Shown here: in pieces, positions 51,243 to 64,000 of the stretch
Numbering within the stretch: position 1 is the first letter of the stretch
Layout of the letters: each line of letters starts with the position of its first letter
NCBI GenBank assembly: GCA_030390025.1
Contig: CM059432.1
Span: 147,624,001 to 147,688,000 of the forward strand
Origin: Squalus acanthias
Lineage: Eukaryota
DNA: 64,000 nt
Direction of reading: 5' to 3'
Notes under the pieces: model-generated
Seen by the model: the letters and a program-made list of their open reading frames with translations, nothing else
What the model was told of the DNA's origin: nothing
Database searches by the model: none
Program-made: the position numbers and the translations under genes

Positions 51243-51677
51243 GATTTGGTTGTGACCTCTCTCAGGGTCAAATAGTCTGCCAATACTCAGTCTAGGCTCA
51301 TACATGAAGAATGGCCACTTGAGCAAGATACTGGCACATCTACAAGGTAAATTCGCTGCTTTTAAATGATAGAAAATTATGGGCTGCATGCACGCAATTT
51401 CCTAAAAAGCGCTCCTGACGCGTGAAATTCCACGCTGGGCACATGCAAGTGGGAAACTTCGGTTTCTACCTCAGCGGGAGGGAAGGGTCGTTATATGTCG
51501 GTACTGGGATGGAAGGTAAATTAACTTGGGATGAAGTATTTCAGCATTAACAATTGTGATTCATAGATGTATAATGTGTGCTTAAAATTAGATAACAAAG
51601 CACCAACAATTCTCCACACAAACTATACACTACCAATGAAGCTCTCTCAATAAAAATTCCTAGTTCGATGTCATTAC

Positions 51678-51721
51678 CTGTTCTCTGTGGGCTCTGAGAC
51701 CAGTGCTCATTTACAGGTACC
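51678..51721 (-). CDS. ITPRID1: ITPRID1-like coding exon (VPVNEHWSQSPQRT)
   Basis: Acceptor ttgctttacag, donor GTAATG. Its 44 bp (1+42+1) bridge the phases of both neighbouring exons. Resembles recalled VSANENFQQVIDRT. Confidence 0.75.
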
Positions 51722-52016
51722 CTGTAAAGCAAGGCACATGCACATTAGATTCAGGCAAACAGCTGCCACACCCAGCCGTTGAACTTGTACCAGGAACTAA
51801 ACTCAGACATTTAATTCAACAGTTTGAAGGTATCTGTGGGAGGATAGATCTCTCAAACATGAAGCAATAAAATTGCAAGATTAGCCCTTCTTAGCTCTGG
51901 AGAACTCTGTGTTCTCTTCGGTGGTCAATTCCCAGCAAAAATTTGAAGAGTTGAATTTCCTTGGAGCTGCTCCCACTCCACGGCCATAACTTCACCGGAA
52001 GTGCGGTGGAAACCTT

Positions 52017-53211
52017 GGCCCAGAAATTGCTGGGGCGGCGCAGCTCGTGAATTGGATTTTTATTTTACCTCACCCATCAGATTGTCTCATTTGTGTGCCG
52101 CAAATTGTTGGAAATGTGAATTGATAAAAGCACGGTGATGTCAACCGGGCATCTGGGACCTACTGAATGATGGGTTCAAAGGTCTATCTCACAGACCAAT
52201 GAAATTTAAGGATAGAGAAAGAAACAGAGAACATAAGACATAAGAACATAAGGCGTAGGAGCAGCAGTCGGTCATTCGGCCCCTCGAGCCTGCTCCAACA
52301 TTCAATAAGATCATGGCTGATCTGATCTGGACCTCAACTCCACTTCCCTGCCCGCTCCCCATAACCCTTGACTCCCTTATCGTTCAAAAATCTGTCTATC
52401 TCCACCTTAAATATATTCAATGACTCCGCCTCCACAGCTCTCTGGGGAAGAGAATTCCACAGATTCACGACCCTCTGAGAGAAGAAATTCCTCCTCATCT
52501 CCGTTTTAAAAGGGTGCCCCCTTATTCTGAAATTATGCCCCCTAGTTCTAGATTCCCCCACGAGGGGGAACATCCTCTCTTGCATCTACCCTGTCAATCC
52601 CCCTCAGAATCTTATATGTTTCAATAAGGTCCCCTCTCATTCTTCTAAACTCCAATGAGCATGGGCCCAACCTGCTCAACCTTTCTTCATAAGAGGGAAC
52701 GAGGGGTAACAAAATATGGCAAATCAAGAGTCAAATTAGATACAGAAAGAGAAATAAAGAGATGGAAAGAAAGATTGGATTAAGAAAAAAAAGAGACAGG
52801 AAGGAAAAGAAAATAATTTTTAAATTTTACATTTAAAAACCTCTCGGAACAATTTATTACCTGTGGGAGTGAGTCACCACAGTTTCAATGTTCCCCTTTC
52901 TGGGCCTCCAAGGTCGAGTTTCATGTCAGGATCATAAATCACATTAACAACATGAAATACCAGCTCTAAATGTCTGCGGCGAGACTCATTTGTATTCACA
53001 AATCCAGCAATTTCCTGACACTGGAGAGGTTGACAGTGACATCCCGACGTTGCAAGGCTAACAGCAGAGCATCAAAAAAATCATCCAGCAATTTGTGGCG
53101 ATTCGCAACTCACAACAGATCTCTTGCTCGCCACAAATTGGGTTTTTTTTACGCACTAATAATGGCGGGCACTGTGACCTCGCCGTTACTTGTCCGGCAA
53201 TTTTCAGGGCC
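52017..53211. mobile_element. Non-autonomous DNA transposon with nested CR1 (52229-52694, minus strand)
   Basis: Ends GGCCCAGAAATTGCTGG / CCGGCAATTTTCAGGGCC. Confidence 0.7.
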
Positions 53212-53639
53212 TTGTCTTAGGGCCAGTGAGACAAAACTGCTGCAGCAGAATGGGAGCAGCTCCGAGGAAAGTCCCGCTGACATACAGGGGAACCTGTCCT
53301 GATAGCTCCGACTACCTTTAACATACAGATTGATTATACCCTTGACTAATGGTGGATTGGAGATTTCCTGCTTCGGGAAGTTACAAACCTCCAGGCACTT
53401 TAATTTCTCAATCGAGACCGGCACCACAAGGGGAAGATCTCCCCCGTAGTCTCCCGTGTGGAGAAAGCAGTGCCACAAATCACAGGCTGTACAAAAATAA
53501 AAATACCTGAGAATCGACAGCAGCGTGTCATTATCATAACACACCTCCCATTGCTCCCAGGCAAATCATTTACTGCTTTGTACAGAAAATAAAGGGAACT
53601 GAAGAACAGCAACAACAAGCAGACGAGGCAATGACATTT

Positions 53640-54497
53640 GGGGGGGAAATGTTACTCCAAAAACCAGGTGGGTTGGGGTCGCGTGGGAGGTTAAAGAGTT
53701 AAATATCTGAATCCCGACCCCACCCACCTTCAACCCCCCCCCCACTTCTGGTTTTAGTGGAAGCGAAACGGGGCGCAGGCAGCCAATCCATTACCAAGAG
53801 GAAGGTTGGCACTTTAAATATTCGAATGAGGCTGTGTGCCTCATGGTGATCCACTATTTGAAATTTAAGTGCGGCGGGCAGATTTCCCAGCTCTCGGGGA
53901 ACCCGCCAACTAAAGGGAGGCGAGGGCTGCTGGATCCAGGAGATAAGTATCTTTCCACTCACCTGCTGGACCCAGCGTTCCAAACTCCACAATCGGACAC
54001 CCACCCACCCCCCACCCCGGCCCCGACCCTTCCGATCCCACCCCCCGACCTCCGCCTGAGGCCTCAGACCCACCACCCACGAGGCCTCTGATCTCTGAAC
54101 CCCCCTCCAGCCCCCAATCCGCCCCCACAGCCTCTGAGCCCCCCCTTTGATCCCCTTTACCCCCCCCCCCCCCCGCCACCCCCGGCCTTCCGACTTCTCC
54201 CCTCCGGCCACCAATCGCCCCACGACCTCCGATACCACCCCCCCACCCCGATCCCTCCCTCTGTCCTCTCTGCAGCCTGGTGTCGCAGGCCTATCCACCC
54301 GACAGTCAGCCAGCCTCTCTATCTGGATGGCTGCGGGCGGGAAACAGTGATTTTAAATGCTAATCAGGCCCTTCCATTACTTTCGGCAGGGCCTGCGGGC
54401 AACCCGTCCCCCCAGGTTTCCTGACCGCTTTCCAGCCACCCCCCCCCTCCCCCCAACCTCCCGCTCCCTACCCATGTCCAAATTAAAATTCCGGCCT
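53640..54497. mobile_element. Probable non-autonomous DNA transposon, C-rich interior
   Basis: G-run/GAAAT left end, AAATTCCGGCC right end; G-rich and C-rich subterminal arms are loosely complementary. Confidence 0.5.
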
Positions 54498-55097
54498 TTA
54501 TTTTGAAAATGGAACAGTGGGGGAGGGGGGAGACTGGGGGTTGCAGCAGATTAGACATTGGCCGTTCATCTCTGGGATCTGGATCAAGTCCAGCCACGAC
54601 TGATGGGATGAAAGTCTCCTCTGCCTGCTGGCTGTAAGAATCCTTCCTGAATTGACGTTGGGCAGTTTCAATACTGTTCCTATCGGGCAAATGATCTGCA
54701 GCACAAATCTTGACCCTAATGTGTCACTCAGAGAGGCCACAGGATTTCTGGTGTGGGCAATGGATATACGCTTCACTGGTGCATTGTGTTGCTGTAGCAA
54801 CAGTAGTTTGTGTGGTCAGGAAGTTCCATTCACAGAATAGGGAGGTGCAGTGTGAGTTTACAAATGTTCAAACACACAACCCTACAAGCCAGTTGGATAC
54901 AGGTTGGTAACCATGATTACATACACTGTGGACTCTTGGTCCTAATTGTGGCATCATGGGGATTGAGCAGCAGCTAGCTCATGATCATAATTATCAGGGA
55001 AGCTAAAGAGAGCAGGAAGTTACAAGTAGAAGTTCTCCTTGGGCAACCGGGGAAAAAAAACCTTACAAGTTCTAGGAGGTAAGAAATGATTACTCAC

Positions 55098-55146
55098 ATG
55101 CAGCTAGTGTTGATCCATTCTTGAATACTCTGTTGGGTGTAGTCTC
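55098..55146 (-). CDS. ITPRID1: ITPRID1-like coding exon (DYTQQSIQEWINTSC); most upstream exon found
   Basis: Acceptor ctctcaaag, donor GTGAGT, 49 bp. Peptide resembles the recalled mammalian ITPRID1 segment DSKQESIQQWLDSG. Ends in phase 2, matching the next exon. Confidence 0.8.
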
Positions 55147-55490
55147 CTTTGAGAGCACAAGATCATAAGACAGACACAAATCAGGAAAATCTATCCAATG
55201 CCTCTTAGCTCTTCTAATCCTCCATAACAGCATCAAACTGTTTCTTAAATGATTCTAGAATTTTCTCCCTACCCAGAGTCCCTTCCATGTGCTGATCACC
55301 CTTTGTATGGAGAACACCCAGTCTTAATTTTGTCTTTTATTAGTTTCATTCAGTAATTTTGCCTTTGAACGATAGAGTAAAATGGGCGATTAAATCGGCC
55401 GCCCTCACTTTCATTTAGTGCAATATTGCTGTGCTGTTGTTTTAACAGTAACCGTGTCAAATGTTAGCTTCTCCTCTCAAGAAACACATT

Positions 55491-56255
55491 GGCCCAGAAA
55501 TTCGGCTCCCTGGCTTCCCGCGGGTGCAAGGATCCCGCGCGCACCTACCTACCGCGCCTGCCGTTGACCTCTGGGCCCACGGGGACTTCAGCTCCTGGGC
55601 CTCCTGCAGCTGCCGGCGCACAGTGCTTGTGTATCCCAGGGGCGTAGTTAGTGCGATGCGTCCCCTGGGATCACGTGGGCCATGGAGAGCCAATGGCAGC
55701 AGACCATCTTTCATTCATAGATTTGACAGGAAGACCTGTCAAATCTATGAATTGAAATCGGCCCCAAAACAACACCTAAACTTCAAATAAATTTTTAAAA
55801 AACCATCACATTTTTAAAATAACTATAAGTTAAATAAATTAATTACTTTAAACAAAAATTTAAATTTTTGAAAAAATTAAAATACTTTTTAACAGTGCTA
55901 AAAATAAACTTACCTTTCTTTAAAGTATCTAAAAAAGGTAAACCTGTTGAAAAAACTTTTAAATTGTAATTAATTAACTACTTACCTTGTTAAAAACGGG
56001 CCTTGCGCCTCCTTTTTAAAAGCGCAGCTTCTTCCAGACTTACCTTCCCGGAGAAACCTGAAAAAAAACCTAAGTTCGCTGCATGCACGCAGCCTCTCCC
56101 ACGCACGCGGTTCATCTTTCAACCCCTCCCTTCACGAGACCGGAAGTTCCGGTTTCCCGCGCATGCGCAGTGCATGCAGGAAACCGGCACTTCAGGAGGC
56201 CTTACGGGTGAGTACTCAGCGCGTACTCACCCGACAACAGCCGAATTTCTGGCCC
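55491..56255. mobile_element. MITE with Harbinger-type TIRs and AT-rich core
   Basis: GGCCCAGAAATTCGGCT / AGCCGAATTTCTGGCCC (16 of 17 match). Confidence 0.8.
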
Positions 56256-57468
56256 AATATAGATTACAAAATTTTAAACCATAATATTTTGAAATAGCTA
56301 ATCAATGGCCGGGATATTTGGAATGGAGCCTGTGCGGGAACAAATCAGATAGTGCGCAGATGTGTGGGAAAAGCTGAAGTTGGTTCTATGAAAGGGGTCT
56401 GCAAGCAAGAACTAGGATGACCCTTAGAGCTGAATAGCCTTCAGAACTCCCTCCCTAACAGCACTGTGGGAGTACCTTCACCACGCGGACTGCAGCGGTT
56501 GAATAAGGCGGCTCACCACCACCTTCTCAAGGGCAATTAGGGATGGGCAATAAATGCCGGCCTTGCCAGTGACGCCCACATCCCACGAACGAATAAAAAA
56601 TAAGGGAAAGAATATGCTAGGTCAAAGGTAGTTGATGTTCACCACTGCTAATTGCAAGGACATCAGCAACAAAGAGGCGGCATTTGTTCAGCCGCCTAAG
56701 TACCTAAAATGGCGGGCAGGGTATGCACGCACACTTCCGACTGGAAGTGTGCCGCCTGCCATATTTGGTAAGGATAAAAAAGAGGTGTCCTTCACCCACG
56801 CCTGAAACAGACCCTTTGCATATGCAAATAAAAGGCCTACCACCTACTTCTGATCCCCGCTGCAATGTTGATTTGCTCTGAGTCAGCCTGGGCCAGTACT
56901 GGTGAACTCACGGAAGCCAACCCGAAATATTGCTTGCAAAGAAAAAAAGTTAAGTTACTTACCTGTAAAGCACCATCTTGATCGCTGCCGGTCCCGACCA
57001 CCACAGCAGCCCCCACCCCCCACACTCCCCACCAGCCACAATATCCCGAATCCCCAACCTCTAGGCCCCAACCTCCGATCTCCTTCCTCTCCGGCCCTGA
57101 CCTCCCGCAGCACCGTCTCTATGTGAACAAGGTCCACGACCCAATATCTGTGGCCCCTCGGACCCTACCATTCGTGCGCAGGGTAAGTGACCGCCCAATA
57201 TTTCTAACTCTGACTCCCTTCATTTTGGATCTGAACTGAATGAGAGTAATTGACGGTAACTGACCTGACCTTACTTATAGATCGCGTGTCTGATCAAATG
57301 ATCAAATTTGCATAAAATTACATAGAATTTTACAGCAGCACAGAAACAGGCCATTCGGCCCTAATTATAAATGCGTCTTCTCTGTAGACGGCCACTGCAG
57401 ACAACTAGATTAGTAAATGATGCGAACACACCCTGGACACGCAACACGGGTTTATCACGCAACAATTT

Positions 57469-57873
57469 GCGGGTACGGTAGCATAGTGGTTGTGTTACTG
57501 GACTAGTAATCCAGAAGCCTGGATTAATAATCCCGAGACGTGAATTCAAATCCCACCACAGGAATTTAAATTCAATCGATTAAATAAATCTGGAATTAAA
57601 AACTTGTATCAGTAATGGTGACCATGAAACTACCAGATTGTCATAAAAACCCATCTGGTTCACTAATGTCCTTTAGGGAAGGAAATCTGCCGTCCTTACC
57701 CGGTCTGGCCTATATGTGACTCCAGACCCACAGCAATGTGGTTGACTCTTTACTACCCTCTGTGGTTCAAGAAGGCGGCTCACCACCACCAGCTTCTCAA
57801 GGGCAATTAGGGATGGGCAATAAATGCCGGCCTTGCCAGCGACACACACATCCCATGAATGAATTAAAAAAAA
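57469..57873 (+). mobile_element. tRNA-headed SINE with LINE-derived 3' tail
   Basis: Head GGTAGCATAGTGG...AATTCAAATCCC. Tail 57764-57873 matches the LINE 3' end at 33949-34054. Confidence 0.8.
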
Positions 57874-58350
57874 CTCGCCACTCTGAATTCATTATCCATA
57901 ACAAGGAGCCAATAATTTAAGCTTGCGTCAAAGTAAATAAGTAGTGAATGGGTATTGCGGAATGTAAGTATAATTAATATCCAAGAGAACTTAATTAAGG
58001 CACAAGGCATTAGTTAAAGCTTAATATGGCTCGCAAAATTCTCAGGAGATTTAAGGTCGTCCTACTTTGTCTTATTCATTGGTAATAGCCTTTTTGGTTT
58101 ATTTTATGAAGCTGAAAAGTTAGAGGAACATTCCAGAAGCCCTGAATCAGGCAATCAGCAAGTTGATTACCGCGCATGTTCCACTGCCTCAGTTATCGCC
58201 TCAGTCCCAAATGATCGCTGTATAACACACGGACAAAGGAATTGATAAAGTGAGGGAGTTCCTGAAAGGATATCAAACACCTCTCAATTGCAAAACAAGG
58301 ATAAATGATTTAACAAAAAATTGGGGTTATCCTGAAATAATCAGAAACGG

Positions 58351-60845
58351 ATTACGGAAACATGGTTGCAGGGTGAGCAGGGCTGGGAGCTTAACATACA
58401 GGGGTATTCAGTATTTAGGAAGGATCGACAAAAAGAAAGGGAGGAGGGGTAGCATTGCTGGTAAAAGAGGGGATAAATGCAATTGAAAGGAAGGATATTA
58501 ACTCAGTTAATACAGAATCTATATGGGTGGAGCTAAGAAATAGCGAGGGGCGAAAAACATTAATAGGAGTGGTATATAGGCCTCCAAATAGTAAAATAGA
58601 GGTTGGGGAGGGCATCACGAGGGAAATTAGAGAAGCGTGCAATAAGAGCACAGCTGTCATCATAGGTGACTTTAACTTACATATAGATTGGACTAGCCTA
58701 ATCAGTAAAAATAATGAGGAGGAGGAATTCCTTGAGTGTTTAAGGGATGGTTATCTGGATCAATATGTCGAGGAACCAACTCGGGAACAGGCTATATTGG
58801 ACTGGGTACTGTGCAATGAGAAGGGACTAATTAGTAATCTTGTTGTACGGGGACCCTTGGGTCAGAGCGATCATAACATGATCGATTTCTCACTCGAAAT
58901 GGAGAGCGAAGAAATTGACTCAGAGACTAAGGTCCTGAATTTAAACAAGGGGAATTATGATGCCATTAGACGGGAACTGAGTAGGTCTGATTGGACAACG
59001 TTCCTGGGAGGACTGGAGGTAGATAAACAATGGCAAGCATTTAAAGATAGAATGACAAAATTGCAAAAATTGTTTATACCAATCTGGCATAAAAGGAAAT
59101 CTAAAAAGGTGACTCAACCGTGGATAACAGGGGAAATTAGAGACAGCATAAAATCCAAAGATAGGGCGTATAAAATAGCCAAAAAAAGCGCCAGAGCGGA
59201 AGATTGGGAACAGTTTAAGATAGAGCAAAGGAGGACAAAGGGCTTAATCAAGAGGGGCAAAATAGCTTACGAAAGCAAGCTGGCGGAAAATATAAAAACT
59301 AACTCCAAAAGCTTTTATATGTATATCAAGAGGAAAAGACTGGTGAAAACCAAAGTTGGTCCATTGCAGTCAGATACGGGGGAATATATAACGGGAAATA
59401 AGGAAATGGCAGACCAACTAAATGCATACTTTGGGTCAGTCTTTACGAAGGAAGACACAAAAAACCTCCCTGGGATATCGGGAAAAATAGGGACAGTGGC
59501 AAAGGAGGAACTGACGCAAATCAATATCTCTAAGGATATGGTGTTAAGGAAGCTAAAGGGATTGAAGGCGGACAAATCCCCAGGGCCTGATAACATGCAT
59601 CCTAGGGTACTGAAGGAGGTGGCCCTAGAGATAGCGGATGCACTAAGTATGATTTTTCAGAATTCATTAGACTCGGGAACAGTGCCCATGGATTGGAGGG
59701 TAGCTAATGTTACCCCACTATTCAAAAAGGGGGGTAGGGAAAAAGCAGGTAATTACAGACCTGTAAGCCTTACATCAGTTGTGGGCAAAATGCTGGAGTC
59801 CATCATTAAGGATGAAATAGCGGAGCACTTAGCAAATGGGGACAGGATAGGACAGAGTCAACATGGATTTACAAAGGGTAAATCGTGCTTGACTAATCTA
59901 TTGGAATTTTTTGAGGGAGTAACTGGTAAAATAGATGGGGGAGAGCCAGTAGATGTGGTGTACCTGGACTTCCAAAAGGCCTTCGACAAGGTCCCACATA
60001 AAAGATTAGCATGGAAAATTGAAGCTCATGGGATAAAGGGGAAAGTATTGACGTGGATAGAGAACTGGCTGTCAGATAGAAAACAGAGAGTTGGAATAAA
60101 CGGCTCATTTTCTGAATGGCAGGCAGTAACAAGTGGGGTACCACAGGGATCTGTCCTGGGTCCCCAGCTGTTCACAATTTACATTAATGACCTGGATCAG
60201 GGAGTCGGATGCAGCATTTCCAAATTTGCGGACGACACTAAACTAGGAGGGGGGGTGGGCTCAGAGGAGGAGACCAGGAAGCTCCAGAGCGATTTGGACA
60301 GACTGGGTGATTGGGCGGATAAATGGCAGATGCACTATAATGTGGACAAGTGCGAAGTTATCCACCTTGGGTGCAGGAACGGGAGGGCAAATTATTATTT
60401 AAATGGCAATAAATTGGGAGAGGGGGAAGTACAGAGAGACCTGGGTGTTCTTGTACACCAGTCACTGAAGGCGAGCATGCAGGTGCAACAGGCGGTCAAG
60501 AAGGCAAACGGTATGCTGGCCTTCATAGCAAAAGGGTTGGAATACAGGAACAGGGATACCTTGCTGCAGCTGTACAGGGCACTGGTGAGACCACACCTCG
60601 AGTACTGTGTACAGTTTTGGTCGCCTCATCTGAGGAAAGATGTTCTTGCCATGGAGGGGGTGCAGCGGCGATTCACCAGGCTGATACCAGGAATGGCGGG
60701 ATTGACCTATGAGGAGAGACTATGTAGTTTAGGGATGTACACACTGGAGTTTAGAAGATTGAGAGGGGACCTCATAGAAGTGTATAAAATTCTGACAGGT
60801 CTAGACAGACTAGATGCAGAAGGAATGTTTCCCTTGGCAGGTGAG
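58351..60845 (+). mobile_element. CR1 LINE ORF2 segment (partial APE endonuclease plus reverse transcriptase), truncated at both ends
   Basis: 810-aa ORF 58455-60887 with VYRPP, GDFN, SDH, NYRPVSLTS, DFQKAFDKV, GVPQGSVLGP, FADD. ITETWL lies upstream in another frame. Confidence 0.95.
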
Positions 60846-62359
60846 AACTTTATCGGTATATACTGTTGTGTGCAAGAGATAGGCTAAGAAATAATTGCTT
60901 TTCATTTGAACTGAGATGCTCATGTTTATAGAAATATAAAGGGTGACAACAATGATAATGTAGTTAATCAACTAATGGTTTCTGGTTATTTTATCAGATT
61001 TGCATTTTCTAAGGTTGCAAGAACTTTCAGTTTTGTAACCCTTCTACTTGTATAGTTCGTTATGCGTTGTACCTGTGGTGCTGTTGCTTAAGGTAGCAAT
61101 GTTAGTAACTGTGGAAAATATTGTGCCTTAACTAATACATTGTTTAAAAATTTGGCCTTATATTCAAAATTAATCATGAGTAGCCTAGATCCATTTCAGC
61201 TGAAATTTATTTGGCAGAATTCATATGCATTTAATTCAGCAATCTGTGACTTTTTTTGTGTAAGTTTATGTTACATTTAATTGATTGCAACCACAGGGGG
61301 CATTATATCACCATTAAATTACTAAATTACAGTTACAAGACTATGTCCTATTTTATATGGATGAGATTTGAGATTTAAATCAACTGTTGTTTTCAATTTG
61401 GCACTGTTTCATTAAATTTACTCACACATTGCCGGTGCTGTGTTGCCTCCGCCCTCTTTTTCACAGATAGCCACTGGCAGTTTACTTCTATAGACAACAT
61501 GGCTCTAATTACATTTTCTCCCAGACATTAAAGGATTTAAGATCAGATCTTCAGCTTTGTTTGAATATTTACCAAGATTTTGTTAACTTGCAATGCCGGG
61601 TGTAAAATAATCATGTTTTGTTTAGATTTTCAAATTGAGTGGACATTTAGCAACTGACTAGCTGTTTCACTCATTTATAAAATCTACTTTACATCCTTTA
61701 TAGTTGGGGCGTTGAGTTCTGCTTTATGCTGACGATTTACTTGTGACCACAGAGACACCAGAGGAACATTTCCAACAAATGCAGCTGTCTGAAATCTCAC
61801 AATATAAACTGCATGTTCAAGACCCTTGTTGAGTCATCAGCCGAATTCGCCAAAACATCAGGAAATAAGACATCGTAATAGTAAGTAAATCAGGGAAAAG
61901 GCAGAGGAGATTGATAAACTCATGGCAGACGGAATTAAAGGACTGGTAGTGCAGGAAATGCTGAACATTTACTAAGCCAGTGCCTTTTCCAGCTTGTTGA
62001 GATTCTCTTCCAATAGCAATCGCCCCACTGCCTGGTCACCAGGGCAGTCCTTGTTCAGTCTAAGTGGCAGCAGTGATCAAAGAAGCGTTAATCCTGCTAA
62101 ATGGACACCGCTATGGAACTTATAGGAGGGGGGGGGAGATATGGTACATTTTCGGCAAGGGTCACGACGTAGCTACGCAGAGGTTCCAAGAAATTTTGGC
62201 ATGGCGGAGGTAATGGCGTGAGTCACCTACACCACAATTTCCCGGAAAATCTGTGCCTCAGTAATGGTGTACGCCGTAGAACTATGGCGCAAGTTTCCAG
62301 CAAATTCTGGCCCGTCAACTGTGGATATTGCTGATCATTTTAAGGAGGTCCAAGAAGGG

Positions 62360-62935
62360 TTTTTTTAATTCATTTTTATGGGATGTGGGCGTCGCTGGGC
62401 AAGGCCAGCATTTATTGCCCATCCCTAATTTGCCCTGGAGAAGGTGGTGGTGAGCCGCCTTCTTGAACCGCTGCAGTCCGTGTGCTGAAGGTACTCCCAC
62501 AGTGCTGTTAGGGAAGGGAGGTCCAGGATTTTGACCCAGTGATGATGAAGTAATGGTGAAATATTTCCGAGTCAGGATGGTGTGTGACCTGGAGGGGAAC
62601 TTGCAGGTGATGGTGTTCCCATGCGCCTGCTGCCCTTGTCCTTCTAGGTGGAAGAGGTCGCGGGTTTGGGAGGTGCTGCCGAAGAAGCCTTGGCGAGTTG
62701 CTTCAGTGCATCTTGTAGATGGTACACACTGCAGCCACGGTACGCCGGTGGTGGAGAGAGTGAATGTTTAAGGTGGTGGATAGGGTGCCAATCAAGCGGG
62801 CTGCTTTGTCCTGGATGGTGTCGAGCTTCTTGAGTGTTGTTGGAGCTGCACTCATCCAGGCAAGTGGAGAGTATTCCATCACACTCCTTACTTGTGCCTT
62901 GCAGGTGGTGGAAAGGCTTTGGGGAGTCAGGAGGC
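62360..62935 (-). mobile_element. CR1/L2-group LINE 3' fragment
   Basis: KAQVRSVMEYSPLAWMSAAP; same 3' end as 31745-34054. Confidence 0.88.
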
Positions 62936-64000
62936 GTTTAATAAATGAAGCAAAAGTATCAATGATGAAATGGACCAAAGTGTGAAAGAAATAGTCTGTG
63001 GTTTCACAGGTAAATGCTGTACATAGATAAATGGAAGGAAGATGGCTCCAAAGCAGATACACGGAGACAAGATGTTAAGGTTATATGGGAAATATAGAAT
63101 TAGAGCTCCCTAAATTCAGGTTAGATGCCCCTGAGTTAAGACAGAATTGAAAGATTTAATGGTTAGGAAGAGAGAAGACTTTGTAAAAATTATCCATGAG
63201 ATTCTAAGTGAGCACTGGTGGAGGATGGTTTGGGAGCACTTGGATTTAAAGCATTATTTGTTCCTTAATTTGTTAATTTCTTCTTATTCGCTATGTGCGC
63301 CATACATTTGAATCTTTGTCTGAGGACCCCTGATAGGACAAGAGAGATAACCAGTAAGGGGAGATAATCTGGTCTGTCAAGGCAAGAAAGGTGTGAAAGG
63401 GTCAATGTCAGGATTATTTAATATGGGTATGTCCATTTGGAATAGGCCGGACATGGAAACTATAAAATGGCATGTGTACTACTTTGAGATCAAAGGGACC
63501 AATGATGTTACAGGCCCGTGTTTCAAGGAATCAGTGGGTTAGCACAGGAGGAAGGATTTAAAGTAAATAACATGACATTGTTTAATGAAATACAAGCTAC
63601 AGTAAATGAATCAATATTAAAAGGGGAATGTAGAGAACAATAATTGACAGCAACCACATGTCCCTAACTTTGATGTGCCAGGTCAGCCACTTTTGATTGA
63701 TTTACAGACACTATTGGCAAAGAAAGACACACCTTTTCCATATAGGCCGTGATGTGCGTAGAACAGGCCGATGACTGAATGAGCTGCTCCACGAGGAAGA
63801 TCATCATCTACTGATAGAGGGAACATGGCTAAACTTTGAATTTAAAGACTTTACTGGTCTTCATGGGCTTCTCATTATAACTTGGCTGCTTACGTTGTAC
63901 ACTTAAATGAATAGAGAGTACGAGGAATGAATTATAAGTTATGAGGTTAAGTTAAGGGGAGTGTGTTGGATAATAGTTTTAGGTGAATATCAGAGACCAG

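Overview
Vertebrate genomic DNA whose repeat content (V-SINE/HE1-like and Deu-domain SINEs, abundant CR1, Penelope) points to a cartilaginous fish. The window lies inside one minus-strand gene, most likely ITPRID1/CCDC129 (KRAP IP3R-binding family). I reconstructed seven phase-compatible GT-AG coding exons (55146 down to 7378, 1002 bp); the first and last coding exons were not found in the window. The introns are filled with transposable elements. The most notable is a near-complete PIF/Harbinger transposon (11889-16320) with TIRs, a TAT duplication, an intact 386-aa DDE transposase and a 3-exon Myb/SANT gene broken only by one extra G in a homopolymer. It sits among decayed relatives and MITEs. 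Other highlights are inverted Penelope-like repeats with minimal hammerhead ribozyme cores, a 1.4-kb foldback beside the IP3R-binding exon, two Harbinger insertions at the same CR1 nucleotide, and an 810-aa CR1 ORF2 truncated at both ends. I see no convincing wholly new biological system. Family names come from recalled motifs, not database searches.
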